Below the pieces are notes generated by a model, which ran no database searches, was not told the DNA's origin, and saw only the letters and a list, made by a program, of their open reading frames with translations. Shown here piece after piece: positions 1-13,629 of a stretch of DNA of 64,000 bases; position 1 is the first letter of the stretch; the number at the start of each line of letters is the position of its first letter. A program made the position numbers and the translations under genes. The stretch is from Camelus dromedarius (Eukaryota). Location: NCBI RefSeq assembly GCF_036321535.1, contig NC_087436.1, positions 29,762,001 to 29,826,000 on the forward strand, written 5' to 3'.

Positions 1-481
1 ACTGCAGCCAAGGAAGCCTGGGAGGTAGAGAGCTGGCACTTTGTGCCACGGGAAGTTTACAGAAGAACAAATCCAAATGTTGAACTTCTATAAGAAAATA
101 TGTTCAGGTTCATTGGTGGGAAAAGAAATATAATTGAAAATCACAAGGGAATGTCACAAGAAAAATCATCACGTAGGCAAAACTTAGACTTAACCCTAAG
201 ACTTACTGCTTCCAGTGCTCTGGTATATTTCTGGTGGAAAATAAATTGCCACAGGCCCCTTCGGAGCAATCTGGCAACTTATATTGCACTAAAATGCACA
301 TACGCCATCTGACAAAGCAATCTCAATCCTAGGCTTCTTCCCCTATGGATAAAGTCATACTCACATCAGTGGTTACTGCATTCTTTAGTCTTGCTGCCAT
401 TAGATTTTTCATGACATTGGAACCTAAATGTTCACAAAGAGAAGCTCTCTTACTGATTTGTGGAAACTCAATATTATTTAC

Positions 482-615
482 CTTGAAACGGCAATAAGTG
501 TTAGGAAAAAGGAGATTTCACTTGGGACCATCATACTATAATAACATTTAGCTTTCGATTTGGAATCAAGAATTTTAGTTTAGAACAGTAAACTTTGCTT
601 CTGAGATTTCATGGT
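482..615 (-). pseudogene. Pseudo-exon (134 nt)
   Basis: ttattttttag|ACCATG...TTTCAAG|gtaaat; stops in all frames; fragment LDSKSKAKCYYSMMVPSEISFFLTLIAVS. Confidence 0.5.
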
Positions 616-1557
616 CTAAAAAATAAATGTAAATATATGTTTAAATATTTACATGTATGAGATTATCTTTTAGTTAGTTATAGCCAAATTAAACAAAACA
701 ATCTCTTTTGAAAAAGAAGAAAAAAATCCATCTATTCAGAAAATTAATAACTGAGGCTAAAATTGTTCATAACACAATTCAAATTGATATAGATTTTTGA
801 GTTCACATTTTTTTTTCAAAATTGAAAGAAAAAAAAATCAAGTGAGTCAAATAACACTTCTTTCCCTTGGTCTCTTTTCTTGTCAGTAGGCATATGTTGA
901 CTTCAATGATGCTTAATTTATTTTCCCATTACATAAATTTTTAAATTGTGATATTGGAACAAGAAGTACAAATGACATTTCTGTATATTTATGAAAATTA
1001 CTAAAATTACAAAGTAATTTAGATATATAGATTAAGCTTCTCATTCATATGATTTCTAATTTAGAACCATTTCTTCTATGTCTTAGTTGTTGCTATAATT
1101 AAATGCTAGTGAAATGAAATCTTTAAAAATTCCCACATAACTTTGTAATAAGTTATTGGAACAGAAGTAAAAATGAAAACACATAAAGAATACAAAAGTA
1201 ACATCAGAAAAACAGAATTATTCCTAAAGTTCTGAACTTTCAAAGGTATTGATGAAATATTCAGGGACATTTCAGATTATAGTAAATTATTATTTAAATT
1301 ACTATACATTCAATCTTAGAAAATAAGTGATAGATTATTCAGTAAAGGGAAAAGTAGAGAAGACTACTATCAAGAAAAAAAGAAACTGAAAAGATCCTAG
1401 TATTTTAACATTCAAGAGGCAGTCCTGTCCTTTTTATTGAAAAAAAGATCTTCATTCAACAGTAAAATAAATCATACTCACATAAAAAATGTATCTCAAT
1501 AATTTGAGAGAATAAGTAAACAAAATATGCAATCATTTTCATTTGAAAGATACCCAC

Positions 1558-1729
1558 CTACTGATAAAACACTTCATTTGCAGACTATACACATTAAAGC
1601 AAATTTATTAACATTATATTTCATAATGTTTCACACCAGAAGTTGTAAAGTGTCAAAACAGTTTCTATGTTATTCTAATTAATTCTTCATCATCAGATTG
1701 TCTTTGGTCTGCATTCAGATCCATCCACT
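1558..1729 (-). pseudogene. Pseudo-exon (172 nt)
   Basis: poly-T...gtttatag|AGTGG...AGTAG|gtgggt; (E)WMDLNADQRQSDDEELE*HRNCFDTLQLLV*. Confidence 0.55.
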
Positions 1730-2499
1730 CTATAAACAGTTTACGTAATTAAAAAAAAAAAAAGGGATGTAGGAGAATGTGGTAAGTCTGGTTAAGTCCA
1801 AATATAAGCGTGAATGCAAACATACACAAAGTCACAAGTGTGGTAAGAAATCTACAAAGGACCTCACAAAGTAGATATGCATTTCAACATGTATTAAAAT
1901 AAATTAGAACTAAAAATATTTCAAAGAAAATAAACAAATGATTAATAAATGCACAGTTTTCTCTGTTTCTCCTCACAAAAATGCTCATGAATTGGATTTG
2001 TGAACTAGACTACGTAGGGCTTGTCTGAAATGGCAAAGGAAATGTTTGAATCCAAATGACAACAGTAGTGGCCATATATAAACCTGACAATTAAGAGATC
2101 ATTCAGTGAACAAGACAGTAATCAAACTTGTTTTTAAACAATTGAGGCTTCAGGAAACAAATCAATAATGTTTCCTGTAAATAGAAATGCTGTTATATCG
2201 ATCTGAATACTTTTGGACTGTATCATGATTTCATCAAATTCATTTAATTTTTGTGTGAATTCTTTTGCAGGACATATTCATGGTATGATGTGGGTGTGTT
2301 TGATATAATCTATCAAATTAGACATTCTGTAATACTTTTTAAGTGTATAATTCTTTGCATTAAAATGTGAGAATTCAGATTACAAATCAGTAGGAACATC
2401 TTTACTGATAATGCAAAGGAATCAGAAGGGCAAACCATTTTTAATATGTTAATATAAATATATTTTTAGAAAAACTTTCTGCACTTAAGTGTTTGAATG

Positions 2500-3090
2500 G
2501 TATACACCCTGAGAGTGAGAGCCATTCTTTGCTTTGATAATCTATGGTTTATCCGATAATCTATAACATGGTTTCCTATTCTCCAGTCCTTTTAAATATT
2601 GTTCATTTATCTGGCCATGTTATACTGGTCACAAGAACTGGCACATTACTTTATAGGATTGCTGAGAGTTTCCTACACTCTTTCTTATTTTAAAAGCAAT
2701 ACTTGAATGTTTTACAACTGATATGTTTATTAGTTTATGAAAGTTTTACCCTCTACTTTATAAATAAGATTTAGTATTAGTAGGTATTGAAGTGCAGTGC
2801 ATTTACTGGGATAAATGTAAGATTCTTCTTTTATCTGTTCCTTCTTTATTTTCTTTCATCTGGTAATTAGATAATAACAATTACTAAATTGAAACAATAT
2901 TATAGTCTTAAAAATCCAACTTGCTTATGCCATATTATAATTTTACATACATTGTGGCATTGATTTTAAAATCATTTGGTTAAGAATTCTACATTTCTAT
3001 TCATAGATGAGATCAGACTATAATTTCCTTTCTTATGTTGTCATTGTCTGGGATAGGTATCAAGATAATTCTAGCCTCTTACTCTTTCAC
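2500..3090 (-). mobile_element. Old L1M fragment (ORF2 region), interrupted by a solo LTR and resuming ~3640-3800
   Basis: Resembles antisense L1 ORF2 consensus (tttctattcatagatgagatcagactataatttcctttcttatgttgtcattgtctgg...). Confidence 0.6.
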
Positions 3091-3116
3091 TCTATGAGCT
3101 TGAAAGGATTCGAATT

Positions 3117-3633
3117 TGCTGGGGCCTGGAGAAGGGTGCCCCAAAATGTGCCTCAATGGCATATTGATTAATTGAATTAAAGTTACTTAACAAATGCTGA
3201 TGCAAGAGGGACTCTCTGACCTCCTTTCTGTCTCCCTGACGGCAGGAAATAAATCTCTCATGTTAAAGGTGCACTCCCTGCATCTGGAGGTAGAAGGACA
3301 CACTTACTGCCAGGGATAAGGAATTCAGGCCAAGAGGCCTATATAAACAAACATTGTTACCTCTTTAATTTACTACCCCAAGCCCAAACCCTTTAAATTC
3401 TCCACTAATTGAGCATTTAAAACACACTTTTTTTTTTTTTTTTTTTTTTGTCTTTACAAAGGTACAGTCTCTTTGTCTGAGAAGTATAAAAACTGCTTGC
3501 TTTGGCCACTTCTTAGGTCCCATTTCTATGAGCCCTCCATGAGGATGAATTAAAATGTATTTCTTGTGTCAATTTTATTAGTCCAGCACAAGAACTCAAT
3601 AAGAATAGAGGAGGAAATTTCCCCTCCCTGACA
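3117..3633 (+). mobile_element. ERV1-class solo LTR (MER34/MER39-like)
   Basis: TG...CA termini, 4-bp TSD AATT (3113-3116 / 3634-3637), TATA-like gtataaaa at ~3484, attaaa poly(A)-signal variant at ~3549. Confidence 0.75.
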
Positions 3634-4004
3634 AATTATTTTCCTTGAATCTTCTCTTTCCACTCACCTGGGGTTTTCTTTACAGAAATTTATAATCTGT
3701 TTCTTCCATTGCTTTAATGGTTTTAAGAACATTCCACTCCTTGTCCTCTACCCATTGTGGGTTAGTTTTGACCTTTTTTTCTTTTCTCTGGGAATTTATT
3801 TCATCAGATTTTTTAAACATGCTTGGAAAAAGATATTGATAGGACATTTATGCCTCCCCCCCTCTCTCCTCACTCCCCTTCTCACTCTTTCCTGTTTTCA
3901 TTTTTCTTTACCTTCCTTCTTCCCTTTCTCCCTCATTCCTTCCCTTTTTCTTTATCCTTGACTTAGGGACCAGACTGAGTCAGACAAATTATACCAATAT
4001 TCAC

Positions 4005-4250
4005 CTACACAGTGTGTGTGTATGTGAAGGGTGCATATTTTAAGTATATCTAGCTGGTATATCAGCTTTATTCAGGAGTTTTTGCTCTGATATCCCGTTT
4101 TTCTTTCTCTAGGTTTGTTAGCATTGAAGTTCAAGCAGATGTTTCCTTAACAAAGGCTATCTTCATTGCTGACTTAACTGTCTGCATTTGTATATTTTGT
4201 TTCTTCTATTTTTTTGAAGATTTTCCTTAAATTAATCCTGTATTATCCAT
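4005..4250 (-). pseudogene. Pseudo-exon, K-rich; acceptor degraded or at 4237
   Basis: Donor TGTAG|gtgaat; reads MDNTGLI*GKSSKK*KKQNIQMQTVKSAMKIAFVKETSA*TSMLTNLERKKNGISEQKLLNKADIPARYT*. Confidence 0.4.
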
Positions 4251-4630
4251 TTAAAAAAAACTATCTATATTAACCAAAATTTTTCTATACTGGGGAAGTT
4301 TCTCCAAATTTATTTCCTAATATTATGCTGTAAAAGAGGTGCACGGTATAGTTAATCTTCTTGGATCCTCTAGTAACTTTTTTTTTTTTTAACTGCACTA
4401 TAGTAATAATGTCTACTTATTATTTCAGGTCCTCTATTTAGAGTCACAGGTAAATCTCAGTGTTCTGCCTAACACTGCATGGTTTTTTAAATTATCTGAC
4501 CTATACACTGGGCAAATCTGACCCTGAGGTTTTTAAAAGGATCAAATGAAACAATCCAATCAAATAATCTAGCACAAAGCATGGCATATGGGAGATGATC
4601 AAAATAACAGCAAACACAACTATTGCTTAC

Positions 4631-4706
4631 TGACTGATTTAGAGCAAACTGTGTATAATTTTTAGTGTTCTTCATAGGATCTGTAAGTTCTCAGTACTCT
4701 GATTAC
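4631..4706 (-). pseudogene. Pseudo-exon (76 nt, phase 2->0)
   Basis: attaagtag|GTAATC...CAGTCA|gtaagc; W*SEY*ELTDPMKNTKNYTQFALNQS, in phase with exon 5283-5366. Confidence 0.5.
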
Positions 4707-5282
4707 CTACTTAATAGCAATGGCTATAATTTGTACATTTCTAGTGTCTCATCTTGAATTATCTAGGTGAGTGTTGTCTTTGGTATTTTACATACTCTGA
4801 TAATAAGAAGGGAGACAAAACATTCTTTGTATGTGTGGGGGAAGATTTCATTCCCTACTATTGGTCCACTATTGTACAGTGTCATGACATTACATATTTA
4901 ATAGAATCTCAGATGATTTTGTAATTCTGTGTTTAAGTATATTGTGATTTATAGTACTACTTTTTCCATAGTATTAAAATACTTCTTTCATTAACATTTT
5001 GATATAAAAGCAGAGATCTTTTTATAGTTATGAGCATTTAGGATAACACTTGACACAAAATCTAAGTTTAACATAGTCATGTGTCAATAAATTTTAATTT
5101 TTTAAAACAGCAGTTTCACTGTGATTTTACTTTGAGCCTATTATGGAGAGTATTCTAAAATTTATAAATAATCCATAATTTGGGGGTATTCTAAGTTGCT
5201 AATTAATAGTAATTATTATTAGAAATTAACAGAAATATCAATTAACAGAAATATGAAAACAAGGTACTAAATATTAATTTAC

Positions 5283-5366
5283 CACGGAGAATCCTCAATT
5301 TTAATTGATGCACTACTATTCACAGCCAGGAACCAAAGATATAAACAGAAATGCTTATCTGTTAAC
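5283..5366 (-). pseudogene. Pseudo-exon (84 nt, phase 2->2, open)
   Basis: ctcagtttattag|GTTAAC...CCGTG|gtaaat; LTDKHFCLYLWFLAVNSSASIKIEDSP. Confidence 0.6.
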
Positions 5367-5599
5367 CTAATAAACTGAGCAAAGTAAATCAGTTTTTTTT
5401 TTTTTGCATCCCTTGAGAGTGTGTTTATCCTCTGTACTTCACCCTGTTTGTCCACATTTTTATGTGCCTCTAGTTTATCTAGGCAACCAGTGTTTTCATA
5501 CACTGTTCCTCTGGTCCCTGTCGGAATTCCTCTGTAGTCTTACCCTATGCCTGTAGCCCACCTGTACCTCAGTTCTCTCCACCTACTGTGCCTCACTTG

Positions 5600-5681
5600 A
5601 CTGTCATTCACCTATTGAAGAACATCTTGTTTCCTTCTAGGTTTCACCCAGTGTTAGTAAATTTAACTTATCTATATGTTC

Positions 5682-5720
<39 letters not shown>

Positions 5721-7040
5721 ATGTTTTCACACTAGTTGTGTAAATACACTGCAGCACAAGGCTGCACCTATGGTGACACTATGAATCTGGCAAGATGTCT
5801 TCTCAAGAGGTTGTAACACATGAAGCCCAATCAGCAATGAATAGGATTTCCTGTTGTCCCACATCCCCACCAGCAATTAATCGGTATGGTCAGTTTTTGG
5901 TGTTCAGCTATTCTAACAGATCAGCAGGGTATCTCCTTCAGTATTTTAATTTGCTTTTCCCAGATGTACAAAGCATATTGCTTTCCAGTAATTCCCAATG
6001 TTGAGCAATTTATACATGCTTATTTCATGTATATAAATTTATATACATATATGTGGATATATATATATATATGTGGATATATACATAGATATATGTATGT
6101 ATATTTATATATAGATAAAATTTAGTAAGGTCATATTGCCCTATTTCATTTTTTTTAATTTGGAGAGTTTATTTTCTTATTGTGGAGTTTTACTAGTTCT
6201 TTGAATATTCTACATGCAAATCTTTCTTCAGATGTGTGTTTTGAAAATTTACTTTCCTAGTCAAGGGCTGGTCTTTCCATTTTTTAAACACTGTCTTTCA
6301 CAGCATAGACAGTTGAAATTTTAATAAAGTCCATATTACCATTTTTTTCATGGATTGCAATTTTGTATTGTATGTGAAAACTAATCATCAACTTTTAACT
6401 CAAGTAGATTTTCTCCTAAACTTCCCACTGTAATTTTTATAGTTTTGCATTTTATATTTAAGGCAACAAATGTTTTTGAGGGAACTTATGTCTAAGGTAC
6501 AAAGTTTGTGTCTTCATTTATTTACTTCCTTTTGGTCATCCATTTGTACCCTCATCATTTGTTGGTGATGACTAAAGACTAGAAGACTAAAGACTAAAAG
6601 TATATCGATTCTGCATTGATGTGCCTTTATTCTTTTGACCAAGGTTAAGTTCTCTGTATTTGCACAGGTCTATGTGGACTTGTAAGTCAAAATCATAAGT
6701 CAAAATGAATTTTAAATCAAAATCAAACCTGTGGACTCTCTATTCTATTCCGTTTATGTGTCTATTCATTTTTAAAATATCACGCTTTCTTGATTCTTGT
6801 AGCTTTATGATAAATGATGATATTAGGACATGCGAGTTCATCAATTTGTTCTTTATCAGTATTGTCTGGACCACTCAGTGTTTAAAATTAGCTTGTTGAT
6901 ATCTACCAAATAACTTGCTGAGATTTTTATTGGGATTGCACTGGATCTTTAAATCAATTTAAGAATTGACATCTGAATAATACTGCGTGCTTCGATCACA
7001 AACAAGGAATATATTTCAATTGATTTATTTTTCTTTCATT
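5600..7040 (-). mobile_element. L1M (MC/ME-type) 3' region fragments, with a TA-rich microsatellite at ~6030-6115
   Basis: Antisense L1 hallmarks (ttgttgatatctaccaaataacttgctgagatttttattgggattgcactggatc...). Confidence 0.7.
5684..5719. repeat. (TG)n microsatellite
   Basis: Perfect tg run of about 18 units. Confidence 0.95.
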
Positions 7041-7509
7041 GTTTTCAAGAATATTCCATATTTTAAAATAAATTTATTCAATTTATTTAAACTAAAAAAA
7101 ATACAGTTCAAAAATTTCTCCCAGCAAACCAGTTTTCTTAAGAGACAATCCATTTTCTAATATCTAAATTCCTGATACATTGAGTATTTCTGGTAGGCAT
7201 GGAAACATTTGTATAATGTGAATTTACTCCCTGAAGACTCATTGGTTAACGATATGATTACAATGCCTTTAAAGTTCAAGTAGTGAGGTAAGGAAAAGAC
7301 TCAGAGCTACCATGAACATTTTGGAGAAATTTTAAGTATTAGCTGGTAATAACTGAAAGAATGCTATGTTAATAGCATTCTGCTATATAAGGGCAAAATG
7401 ACTTATAAGTCAAAATTAAAACACTTCACTTAGAATATTTCTTATAAATTTTCTCAAAAAATGTTAGTCTTTTGCCCCTCTAAAACAGCAGCACATAAAA
7501 GCAAATTAC

Positions 7510-7780
7510 CCTATTACTCTAGAAAATTAATAGCTGAGAAGTTGTCAAAACTTAATGGACTTCACATTTCGATAACAGTGGTGTTATTTTCATGGAAGTC
7601 TCTTTTGTTTGAATTCCATTATGTCTCAGTATGGATAGCAATTTCCTTATTAAATTCTTTTGTGAAATGAGTGGTAAATAAATCTTTATCTATCTGAAAA
7701 GTTCTGATAAATGTCATTTGGTAAATTTTCTTATCAACAGATTCTACAGAGATGATTTGAGAAAAATATATTAGTAATTT
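7510..7780 (-). pseudogene. Pseudo-exon (~270 nt, frame ambiguous)
   Basis: cctttcactttttacag|AAATTAC...AATAGG|gtaatt; frames give KLLIYFSQIISVESVDKKIYQMTFIRTF or LPLISQKNLIRKLLSILRHNGIQTKETSMKITPLLSKCEVH*. Confidence 0.55.
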
Positions 7781-8439
7781 CTGTAAAAAGTGAAAGGTAC
7801 AGAAAAGTAGACACAAAGACTGAGTTCAGTTTAATCCATTTGATCATGCTAGTATTTGTGAAGTCAGCGACATAGATATTTAGATCAAAATGCATTGTCA
7901 AATAGGGGTATTCAATTTCCCAAATATATTAAAACAACAGCTGTCAGTCACACTGACAAATGTAATGACAATATATTTATCTACTCATTGATCACAAATA
8001 AAATAGATTTCTCAAAATTTACATTATTTCTGTACTACTTAAGGTTAGTTTTAAAATATAAACGTACAGGTATGTGTTCCATCCAGTTTTATAAAATTTA
8101 TGGTGTTCTATGAATAAATACTTATAATCTTATATTTAAATATATAGATGAATTCACTGAAATATGTCTTGATATTTATATAAAATTAAACAATACACAT
8201 GTTAGATTATTATCTAAAATAAAATGCAAAAAGTAAAAACTAAATAATTATAGATTTGATAACTATATATAGATATATAAGAAAAAACATAAAAAACCCC
8301 ACAATTTTATGTCCAGCAGTAACTACCAATCATTGCATTATGTGTTTAATAAAATTAACTTTATCCTAAATAAGCAATTTTTTTAACTTAAAATTATTCA
8401 CCTTGCATTTTATTCATCATAATATTAAATCTGACATTA

Positions 8440-8720
8440 ATTTTTTGTGTGTATGTGTCACCTATGTGTCTATTTTTATTGAGACTGACTTTGTCCAGTG
8501 AGTCTTATTTTCTGCTTCTTTGCTTCCCTGATAATTTTGATGATGAACATAGTGAATTTTATTTTGTTAGGTGGTGGATATTTATGTACTCCTATAAATA
8601 TTCTTGAGCCTGGTTTTGGGACAGAGTTCAGTTACCTGGAAACAAAATGGTCTGTTTTTAAGCCTTGTTAGGTTAGGTGAAGGCAGCCTTTAAACTAGGG
8701 CTAATTTTTTAACACTACTA
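8440..8720 (-). mobile_element. L1MC/MD fragment
   Basis: gtgaattttattttgttaggtggtggatatttatgtactcctataaatattcttgagc resembles L1MC consensus. Confidence 0.6.
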
Positions 8721-8779
8721 ATGTATTTCCATATACACTGATATTCAACTATCTGATATTCAACTATCTACTTCCTCAT

Positions 8780-10060
8780 AATTAGGGAATCACCAATTAA
8801 AATAACACTCAGATTCCTTTTTTACCTATCAGACTGTTTGAAATGACAAGGAGTGACATTTTTGCAGGTGAGTCTATAAAGCAACACTCTCATTTATTGC
8901 TGGTGAACATGCAAACTCTATTCATACAGCCCTTCTGGAGGAAAGGTTGGAAAAGTCTAACAAAACTACACAGGAACTTACTTTTTGACACAGAAATTCC
9001 ACTTTTAAAAATCTGCCCTAAAATTACACCCCCTAACTGTAAGAAAACATACATGCACTATGTTATTCCTTACAGTATTTTTGTACCTGCAAAATATTAG
9101 AAGCAATCTAAATGCCCATGTATATAAATAAGAATGCTTGAAAAACATATAAATGCCCACATTAAGGAGTATTATGCATTTTTAACAAAGAATAGGAAAG
9201 AAGAACTGATGATTTCCAACATATAAGATGAAAAAAGCCAAATGCAAAAGAACATATACAGTATGCTACACTTCATGTAAGAAATAAGGAGATATAAAAC
9301 AACATGAATCTGCTCATTTGTATGAAAGACACAGAAAAGATAATTCATAAATAATAAGATTGGTTACCTTTAGGAGGTGGATGGGAAAAGACAGAATGAA
9401 AGAGAGAATACGGATGAGAGAAATCTCTCATCCACCAGTGGATGCTTAAATTAATGAGAGGAACTCTGAGGATAAAGAAGATAATTGCATAGTCTCAAAT
9501 ATCTCCCTTAAGATATTTACTAAATACAAAGCGAATATAATATCTTTACAGTAATGAAACCCAGGAGACATTACTTTAATTAAATAATCAAGATTACCAT
9601 CACAAATAATAAAATATCCACATCATATACCCCAGTAGGATGCATGGAGGACATATCACTTTCCAAAGATACATAACTTCAATTTAATCATGAGAGAACA
9701 TTAGGCAAACTTTAATAATGTGCATTCTACAAAACATAAGAAAACTAGTCTTCAAACTTATAAGGTCATTGAAAGTCAAGGAAAGATTATCTGTTACCTA
9801 TGGGAGGATTCTAAGTTGACATGACAACCTAATGCAGCTGGATTCTTGACAGTGTCCTGAAATGAATAAAAGATAGTGGAAAACTGGCAAATTTGAACAA
9901 AGTCTGTAGTTAAGTTTATAACATTGTACCAAATTTAATATCTTGATTTTGAATTATAAGATGTTAATATTAGGGCAAGCTGGGTCAAAGTGTACTGAAG
10001 CTCTCTGTAACATTTTGCATTTTTTTCTGCAAATCTAAAATTATTTTAAAATAATGAACT
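8780..10060 (+). mobile_element. L1ME/L1MC 3'-end fragments
   Basis: cagaaattccacttttaaaaatctgccc...; ggcaagctgggtcaaagtgtactgaagctctctgtaac...aaatctaaaattattttaaaataa, a typical L1MC 3' end. Confidence 0.7.
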
Positions 10061-10744
10061 ATAAAAACAAATGTTAACTAAAATATGAAGTTAGAATTTT
10101 TCTCTCTTTTAGGTTTCTCTTTGTTTTTGTTTTTTTTTTTGTATTTCTCTTGTCTGTATGTTATGATGTTCGCTTTCATGATTTATCTTGTTATGTATGT
10201 GTCGGCTTTAGAATCTATTTCTATTTTCCCCATGTTTAAACAAGGTTACTCTTCTTGGAGTACTAGAAACAGTTTATGTGGAGGAACCAGGCTAAGGTAG
10301 CTTTCTCACCTTCATAGCTTGAGAGCCGCCTCCTCAAAAATCATCCAATTTTTTCTATATTGTTTTACAAAAAATTTTTATTGTCATGAAAACAATTATG
10401 TAAGTACACATACGTGTTTTTATGGAAATGATATATATATATATACACATAGATGCTCTTGTCTAATAATATTTATAGATGCTTTTGTTTTGTTATGTGG
10501 CATGTACAACTGTATAGCTAGTGTTCTGGATATTGATAAAACTTCAATAAAAAGGAACTAGTATTATGAAAATACTTGTTAAAATATTAGCAAAATACCT
10601 TTCCCCATAATATACCTCAGAGAATTCCAAAAAACTCTTTTAAAATCTCTGGGATAGTGCTTTTAATTCTTTTAGAGAAATGGCAAAGCGAATTATGGCT
10701 TGTCCATAAGACATAAGCATATCCATTATAAAATGTTTGAGGAT

Positions 10745-11230
10745 CATTTTTCATTCATTTCACAAAGATTTACTGAGCATTTACTACATGCTAGGTACAT
10801 TTATAGGGATGGGGCAAAAGCAATGGGTAAAACTTTTAAAAAGTGTATTGGCTTCACAGAGTTTACATTCTAGGACTGTGAGAAAGACAATAAATAGTAT
10901 CAAAAGCATATTATATAATTCAGGGGAAACTTTTTTCAGAGAGTAGAAGCATCATATGAGGGCTAGGGGTAGGAATGTACCTGTGACGTTTCCATAAGGA
11001 TGTCTGTGTGACAGAGAAGAGATGAGGTCAGAGATGTAGTAGGAGTAAGGCACACAGGCTTCTAAGCAAATGGTTAAGGCTGTACCTTTTTATTTGATTG
11101 GTGGCCAATAAAGTTTTTGAAAAGAAAAAGCAATAACCTCTTTAAAGATTTAGCAGTATCACCTATGGCTGCTACGTGAAGAGAGACTACAGGTTAGCAA
11201 AGGAGCAAAAGAGCAAACAAGATTAGTAAT
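10745..11230 (-). mobile_element. L2 3' fragment
   Basis: cattcatttcacaaagatttactgagcatttactacatgctagg is the antisense L2 3' terminus. Confidence 0.65.
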
Positions 11231-12954
11231 GAAACGTTTTTTTTTAATCCCAGTTGAAACACTGAATCATTGCACCATTCAGTTGTGAGCCTGAAATCAG
11301 AAAATAGAGTATCTCCATATGCTTAAATTATGTATCTAAATGATAAGCAATGTCTGTGAATAAAAAACAAATCATTTGTTTTACTATCCATTAGTAATTT
11401 AGCAATAGAACTGCTTGTACTCAGTAGCTTTTGCTGTAATAAATCTTAACCATAAAACTAACCTGATACTGAGTTTTGTGAGTATTTTTAATGAATTACC
11501 AAACCTGGGACGGCCCCTGGCATAATTAGAATAGTTTACATCAGAAGTGAATGTTAGCTTTGATCCATTTTATTGTAAAATTATTATAACTATATGGAAG
11601 AGTTTGTTAGTATTTTATTTCACTGAATGATTTCAATATTCATTATAAATAACTAATTCAGGCATTTAAAAGTTATTATTTACAAATCAGTGACTTTTGT
11701 TTTACTTGAAAAGGTCAGTCCTGTTATGGGGTGGTATCACAATTCCCTTTGGCAAGAAGTTTTTTCAACCTGCATATGTACATTTTGAGAATTTGATGAA
11801 CTTTGGGGGTTTACAATTGTCCCTTGCTCATAATTTATACCTTCCACAATAGAAAATTCCTGCTACTTATATAAGTGTAAATTATCATTATAATATTTGG
11901 ATGACAAACTAAAATTTGAAATATTGAGAAGCATTTGTTCTGAATTCATTAAACTTACAAGAATCATGTCATAATAGACCGATAATTTTAAAAGACAGAT
12001 TTTCTTATACATACTTACAGATAAATAAATTAATAATACCAATTGCTTTATAATTTTAATTTACATTTTATCATAAAGATTTTCTATGTATTTTTTTGAA
12101 TTTGCATGACCTTAGTTCAATTGCTAAACTCATTTCCACAGGCTTAAATGAGAGAGTAAGATTAGACAATCTCTAAGGATTCTTTTTGTTCTAAGATTAT
12201 ATTAACTGTACTGCATGTCTTGAGCAGTGAAGTTAAATTGGATCTATAGTTGAAGTTTCTGTTCTATTGACTTAATATTTAGGGACTTTAGAGAGTGGAA
12301 CCAAGGAAGGCAAAACAGTCTTCTTACAATAGATCATAATGAATTTGCTAATATTATAGAAAGATTGGCAATAAATTGTTCTGCTATTTTATTCTGGTTC
12401 CTTCCCACTCTCACTAACTTATATATATTTACACATTCCTTTTTTTAAACATTTTTTATTGATTTATAATCATTTTACACATTCTTTATACAAACATGAT
12501 TTACGTTAAACCATATCTCTATTTTCTCTAGGAAGAATTTCAAAGGTTAGAAGCATTTACGTTTGTAGGGAATACAGTACCTATTATCTAGCCTTGATTG
12601 AAAGAGAATTAATTTTTTTTAAAATGTACTAAAGTATATAAACATTTGTTTCTTTTTGCTAAGCTTCAATTAATTTATCTTTTAAAAGATTTCAATGACT
12701 TATAAATTTTATAAATATATGTAACTGACATAAATCAAATTTGATATTTTTCTAGTTCATTTATTTTCTACCAAAGACGATCAAATTTTAAACATAAATG
12801 CTTTTCGTGACTTTGTTATGAGACACCTCATTACTACTGCTGTTTTTATTTTTTCTTCTTATTGAATGCCTGTATAGATATTTCCAAGTTGATGGTGCAA
12901 CAGCAAATAAACTTTTTCAATATTCATAATTGGAAATAGGTTGGCAACTTCTTT

Positions 12955-13390
12955 GTAGTAGAGACTGCTAATTGTCCCTAATACGCTTTCTTTCTTTATT
13001 TAGTAACAGAACCTTAAGTACATATGGCCATGAGCAGATTACATTCATAGTCCCCTACTCAATCATTAATTTTTATAATGCATACTTTTGAATGATTCGA
13101 TGGGCAGAAATTCCAGGTAACCTCCAAAAATACAAAGATGATTGTATTCAATTTTTTCTTACATTTTTCCCTGGCTGGAATGCAGAAGTGTTGCTAAACT
13201 CCTTCAAACATAAGGATGATACTGTAAGACAGGATTATGAAGAGCGACAAGACAGAAGTCATCTAGGGCCCAGAATGAACTCATGGAAAAGACCAGCTCT
13301 ACTAGCTCTTTTGATTGTTGGAGAGACAAACACCACTGCACTAAATGCCACTTATTATAGTAAACATTCTTGTGTAAAAGATAATAACAA
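12955..13390 (+). mobile_element. MLT1 (ERVL-MaLR) LTR
   Basis: tgtagtagagactgctaattgtccc...tttagtaacagaacc...ctggctggaatgcagaagtg matches the MLT1H/J pattern. Confidence 0.6.
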
Positions 13391-13539
13391 TTATATTTTT
13401 TTCTCCCCTAGGTTATTGAGAGGCAGACTTCTTTTGTTCTCCAAAAGGAAAAGGAACAGGAAATGAAAAGAATTATCTAATTTCCAGCCTGAAAGAGCTA
13501 TCAGTATTTTCAAAGGCTTATATTCTTCCATTTCTTTAC

Positions 13540-13629
13540 CTTGTTGCAATACCTGTAATTTATTTCATGCACTAACAACATTTGAAATAGTGAAGAATAT
13601 TCATCCATAGTTTATTAACCATGTATATT
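13540..13629 (-). pseudogene. Pseudo-exon (90 nt, weak GAG acceptor)
   Basis: tttttttctctctttgag|AATATAC...AACAAG|gtaaag; IYMVNKLWMNILHYFKCC*CMK*ITGIAT or **TMDEYSSLFQMLLVHEINYRYCNK. Confidence 0.5.

Noticed and set aside
7510..7780. Superficial similarity of one frame to a TERT RNA-binding-domain segment
   Set aside because: Only a few residues match, the frame is ambiguous, and neighbouring exons show no TERT motifs.
13092..13466. 124-aa plus-strand ORF
   Set aside because: Lies within an MLT1 LTR; chance ORF.
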